Assembly: GCA_964106915.2 (NCBI GenBank)
Contig: OZ066922.1
Origin: Podarcis gaigeae
Lineage: Eukaryota
Length of the DNA stretch: 64,000 nt
Direction: 5' to 3' (one strand)
The translations under genes were made by a program, and so were the position numbers. The notes below the pieces were generated by a model that was not told the DNA's origin, searched no databases, and worked only from the letters and a program-made list of their open reading frames with translations. This document shows, piece by piece, positions 58,803 through 64,000 of the stretch (position 1 is its first letter; each line of letters starts with the position of its first letter).

Positions 58803-61434
58803 CGTACTGCGGGCTCATAGTAAACTCCCCCCCCCCCTTTTTTAACCATGTGAGTTGATGGCACTTAAAGAACTATTTTCTGATGTCCTGAGTAGAGAAC
58901 TGTAGGATGTTTCCACTCAACCTAGTACATGTTGCTTCTAAATCTGTACGGGAGCTCTTCATCTTTCTAAGTCGCTCAATGTCTCTTTAGATGGCTTCAA
59001 TTATTAGCGCTCCTTTATTTTTATAGTCAAATATGTCAGTCTGGATAGGCAGATCTCTTGTGATTCATCCCATGAATCATAAGTTTCCCATGCCTTAATG
59101 TCAGGGTCAATTTAAGTGTGACAGCGGTAGCTGGGTGGAGGTCAGCAAAACCCCCAAACCTACACCTGTGGGTGCCCCATGCGATGGGTCTCATAGTTAA
59201 AATAGTGCCAGAATTAAATGGTTCTGATGACGTGCTGGTCCTATGAGGGTTGCAGGACTTCTTGTATCGAGGTTATTAATATTGTGCATATGGAAGCAAT
59301 TTGGATGAATAAAAAACTGACTCTTCTTTGAAATAAAAATTCTCCAGTTCAAAATGATGATTCAGAAGCTTTACTTACAGAATTCAAACTCCAATCAACT
59401 TAAAACAAATAAAGTTACATTCGGTTAGATACATAATTTCTAATACTGATCCCAATATAGGTATTATGCATACTCTAAGCTAAAAATCAAAGCTGTCTCT
59501 CCTCCATGCCAGCCTCCATTAGCTTGAAGGTGTTTTCCTGGAGAGAGATTAGCCTGTTCATTCTGTTCAGCAGCTTGAGAACAAAGAACCCCAACATCCA
59601 AAAAAGGATGGCTACAGATTAGCATATGCAGAGACTTGTAATAGTATATCTTTTTGTGGCTGAGCCACAAAGATACAGTCCTACTTAATCATTAATTTGT
59701 TAGTCTCTCTCTTCAGCTCCATTGGAAATTTCCATGCCGTGCTTCACAGCATACATACAGACAAAATGCAGAGTTATTTTCCATCCCAATGTACATTACA
59801 CAACACTTAACAGTTGGTGCCCCATCTTTCAGTCACTCACACCAATCAGGCCAATTCTCTTGAAACATGGCAGCATCAAAGAAGAGGCATTTTGCAGATG
59901 TTTGTATGACAGCAAGCAGAGCTTCTAACAAACTTATACACAACTGTAATGTAATCTACCGTGTCAATAACAAGATGTATAGTTTCTTATCTACCTAAGT
60001 ATTTACTGTACAGTGCTTTCTGGATAAATGGATGTTTTCCCACATGACATTTGTAATCAGTGGCATTCCACCCCCTCAAAGTCAGCTGTTTTCAGATATT
60101 TCCAGACAAACTTCCTTAAAGCACAACATGTGGCTTGGTGGCTTCATCAATTACAGATTAACCGGTTTCGCTGGCTCATATAGCTGCATGAATTTATTTC
60201 CAACACTCTCAACACATTCCTTGCATATGTGCTGGTGAGCCACAGGCAGTTGCAGCTGATAATGTACCCAGTGTACACTCTGAGAACTGGTCTATATATT
60301 AACTTTACCATCAAAGACTTTCTTTGGTCCACCACTTTGCTGGTACCCACCAGTGATATGGATTGGAAGACAGGTATCTCACAGTTATCACCCAACCCAT
60401 GAGTCTATTCCTATACATCAGACCACTGGTCCAACTAAGTTAGTTCCATCTACATTGACTGGCATTGTAGGGATATTTTCCAGCCTGACCTGAAGATGTG
60501 AGGAATGAGCCTGGGATCTTTTGCATTCAAAGCATGTGCTCTGTCACTGATCTATGGCTGTTGCCTGATTCTTTCAGATAAGCTTTTCAACTCTCTTCAG
60601 GTAAAGTCCCCTTTTCAGCCTCACTTCCACTAAAAATAATAATAACCATGAGACTAAGTCAGTATTGTGTTCCTATTATTGCTACTGTCTGAGCCTGATT
60701 TGCTCCTATAATCTGTTTTTTTACCACTGTTGAAAGGATGTCCACAGTTCCTTAAACACAGCTAGTAGTAGAGCCCAGGTTTTGAATATATAAGGTCTTA
60801 GTTTGGCACCTCAAACTGAAAGAAAGCAGACAGCAAGCCTGGGAAATATTGCTGTTTGAGACATTGGAGAGGGATTTCCAACCATGTTTCATATCTGTTA
60901 TATCACTATGGTTGATATTGTAGTGGGATCATTAATAATATTTGTTGTTTGAATGTGCCATGCTCTGACTGCACTGATCCACACATTTCACCTTTTGTGT
61001 GTCTGTGCAACATTGCTTTAAAAAGCTATATCCATGTTTGAGAACTGGTTTGGAAAGATCTATGCGTCCTGTACAGAAACCGGTAAGTGGTTGGCTGTGG
61101 GATAAGTAACAAGTTGTTCTGACTGGCAATCCAGATAAGAAGACCTTTGTAAAACTAGGTGGAACCATGTTGACTCTCCTAATCCCTGTGAGGTTATTTC
61201 CTGAAATACCTTATACGTCCATCATCAGTGATGGCGCTGCAGTGCCACAGAAAGCAGGCCAACAGCTTCTCCATTCTGGCAAGGTGACTCAGTGAGGTGC
61301 TGAGCCAGGATCCTACTACCAGAACCCCTGGTTCAAGACCCCGGGCACTTTACAGGCTCCATTTTATGTTCATACATGATTTCAAATCGTATGAGGCAAG
61401 TGGGAGTGCACCATGTAGCTTCACATCACCTTTT

Positions 61435-61560
61435 CTAAGCAAGCTATCGCCAGCTGTTTTTGGACTACAATTCCCATCATCCCTGACCCCTGGTCTTGCT
61501 AACTAGGGAGGTTGGAAGTTGTAGTCCAAAAACAGCTGGAGACTCAAGTTCGAGAGACTC
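61435..61560. mobile_element. Palindromic hAT MITE
   Basis: CCAGCTGTTTTTGGACTACAATTCCCA / TGGAAGTTGTAGTCCAAAAACAGCTGG; same family as the copy at 18356. Confidence 0.85.
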
Positions 61561-62923
61561 TACTCTAGAAGCTGGCTCTCAAACTTCTGTGGTGGGGAGA
61601 TTCCAGTACTTGGGTGGATTGTGCACAGGAATTGTGAAGGGTAGAACTCTCTCTCCTTCCCCTACTTCTTTAGAATCCCATGAGTAAACAGAATTATCAG
61701 ATATAACTGCATAGTATCTGTTTGCTGTTGGTGTTAAGAGATGATAACTATAGAAATTGTGAAGTGAGAGATCTGGCTTCAAATGAATATCCACAATACC
61801 ATATATATATATTTTCTATTGAAGTTCTATCAAAGGACACTAAGAGATTCACGGTATTCATGTAAGTGAGAATGTGTTGCTTTTCATCTTCTCATTAGCT
61901 CCTTGGAGATATCAATAAGAGATAATACTAGCACTGAACAACAACAACAACAACAACAGAGTGGAATCTATAGAACATAAACTGATTCAATATGCAGATA
62001 ATAGCCTATCATCAGTCATGGATTTCCACTTCAGAATCGAGAAGGTTGTGGACTTAACATAGAGAGCAGCATATTATATTGGGCTATAAAATAAATTCTT
62101 CTAAATGCCCTTATCCATTACTTTGCTTTCAGCCATGGTTTGCAGTCAGCAAATCTAAATGGGGAAAGAGCTAAGGAATCAATTCAAAAGAAAGCTCAGT
62201 AGCATTGTAAAACACTTGCGAAACAATTACTGTGAGGATTAGTGGTTAAGTTGAGAGGTGGAGAACTGTCAGTCTTTGGCTTGATAGAGAAAATGAATGT
62301 TCTGCTGGAACTAGCTTCTAAGCATAAGATATCATGAAAAGGTTTAGGCTTAATATTACAAAACTAGAGTTTAGGGAAATGTCCTAAGCTTGCTCCAGTT
62401 TGTGGATATGAAAGGAAACTTATACTGGTGATCAGCCTACGAGACTTTTATTTGAAGAATTGGCAGTGTTGCTTAATTGCCCCCAATTCAAGGGATGCTG
62501 ATGGGCAAGATGTCTTGAACCAACCTGCTGGTCTTTACATTCCAAAGGGGACAGCACAGAATAGATCAGTTGGTTAGAGCATGGTGCTGATGATGCCAGT
62601 GTTGCAGGTTCAATCCCCATATGGGACAGCTGCATATTCAGGTTATGCAGATTGTGTACTAGATTATTCTTGTTATGATTCTGTGATTCTCTGCTGTCCC
62701 TTACAAAAAGTGATGGGTGTGCTCCTCCTAGCTCATCTCACAATTAGCTCAGTTTTCCAGGTTTTCTCAGAGAACTCTTGCGGGGAGGTTATCTGCCCCC
62801 CCCCAATAATTAAGTTCATAATAGTCATGTAACCACCAATCTTCCCTTCTAGTCCTGCCTTCCCAACAATTAAGCTTGTGAAGATACGGTAGCAGCAATA
62901 AGGGTGATGCAAAGAGTTTACTG

Positions 62924-63174
62924 CATGGGCAGGCAAACTAAGGCCCGGGGGCCGGATCTGGCCCAATCGCCTTCTCAATCCGGCTCGTGGACGGTCCAGG
63001 AATCAGCGTGTTTTTACATGTGTAGAATGTGTGCTTTTATTTAAAATGCATCTCTGGGTTATTTGTGGAACATAGGAATTCATTCATTTTTTCCCTTCAG
63101 AATATAATCCAGCCCCCCACAAGGTCTGAGGGACAGTGGACCGGCCCCCTGCTGAAAAAAATTGCAGACCCCTG
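62924..63174. mobile_element. hAT-Charlie MITE (second copy)
   Basis: Colinear with 50451-50702; TSD GTTTACTG/GTTTACAG. Confidence 0.92.
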
Positions 63175-64000
63175 GTTTACAGCATTGGTGGAAGGCTCAT
63201 TTTTAAGACCTGGGTGGTGCTTGCTTGGCCAGGAATTTCTACAGCTTCCAGGGAGCTGGGGAAATGGAGTTTCCAGTGGCTCTGTGCTCAAAATGGGCTC
63301 TCATTCCCAGGATCCGTGACAGTGATAGATTTTTCTCCTTAAGCATTTGCTTGTCAAAATTCCTTCTCGTCCCCACTCATTCCCCTGGTTATAATCTGAG
63401 GGAAAGGGGGAAGAAAGAGTGTTGGCAGAAGGAAAGACTGGTGCTGGGACAAGTGGGGATGGGACCTTTATGCTCCAGGTATTTTGTAGGAGTTCTTGGC
63501 ATGGCTCAAAATGAGATTGAGAGTGACACACTCTGCATCCACTCCAGAGCTCAGTATTGGAATATAAAACTGTGAAAAGAAATTGCACCTTGTGTGCTGT
63601 GAGCCTGTCTCTCTTATTTTTCCTTATGCACCTCCTAAGTTTAACTCTTGCTGTTTCTTTTAATTCTGGTTTATTTCTTGCATTTTAGTACCTAACTGCT
63701 CATTTCTTCTGTTTCTTCTGCTAGTTTGCTAAATGTTCGAAGGAATTCAGACTTAAACCACACATTGCATATTGCTTGAGACTGTTCACAATAATTTTTT
63801 TCTCCTCAGGCATGTCAACAGGTTTCTTTATTTACTGGCCTTCCCTTTTCCACCCTCCAGACCTTCTAATATTGATCATTGCCTCTCCTTTGTTGCAGGC
63901 ACACATACACCCCATTTTCTCATTATGTTTAAGAACATTTTAAAGCACCAAGCTGTTCAGAAAATATTTTCAGTTAGCATTTTGTCTCAGCAAAAAATGA

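Noticed and set aside
63820-63900. Polypyrimidine tract with TTGCAG, a candidate acceptor for the next SGCZ exon
   Set aside because: The downstream sequence does not translate to a sarcoglycan-like peptide.
1-64000. miR-383, additional SGCZ exons, functional tRNA genes, CRISPR arrays or prokaryotic systems
   Set aside because: I saw no AGATCAGAAGGTGATTGTGGCT and no other sarcoglycan peptide by eye. All tRNA-like sequences are SINE heads. The DNA is vertebrate intron with no repeat-spacer array.

Overview
Vertebrate genomic DNA, almost certainly a squamate and probably a lacertid lizard, judging by its repeats: Sauria SINEs, Squam3-type CORE-SINEs with (CTT)n tails, Bov-B, CR1, L2, L1 and Tigger/hAT MITEs. 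The only protein-coding sequence I can support is one 88-nt internal exon on the + strand (42060-42147) encoding DSPLVLQSDRNVTVNARNHMGQLTGQLTV(G), which I recognise as zeta-sarcoglycan (SGCZ). The rest of the window is therefore most likely its two large flanking introns. These are densely filled with transposable elements, many with readable target-site duplications and several nested inside each other; there is also one 247-N assembly gap. Nearly all ORFs in the supplied track are spurious or TE-derived. The most unusual object is an approximately 790-bp CpG-rich, non-coding, highly self-complementary element at 43902-44690, antisense to SGCZ, with two more diverged relatives in the window. 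It has no LTR ends or TSD, and carries an octamer-CCAAT-GC-box promoter plus a 14/15 match to the OCT4-SOX2 composite motif. Also notable are a pre-miRNA-like hairpin (38235-38326) and a Bov-B insertion made of an inverted 5' end fused to the 3' end inside one TSD. TE family names come from my recollection of consensus sequences and were not verified by search.
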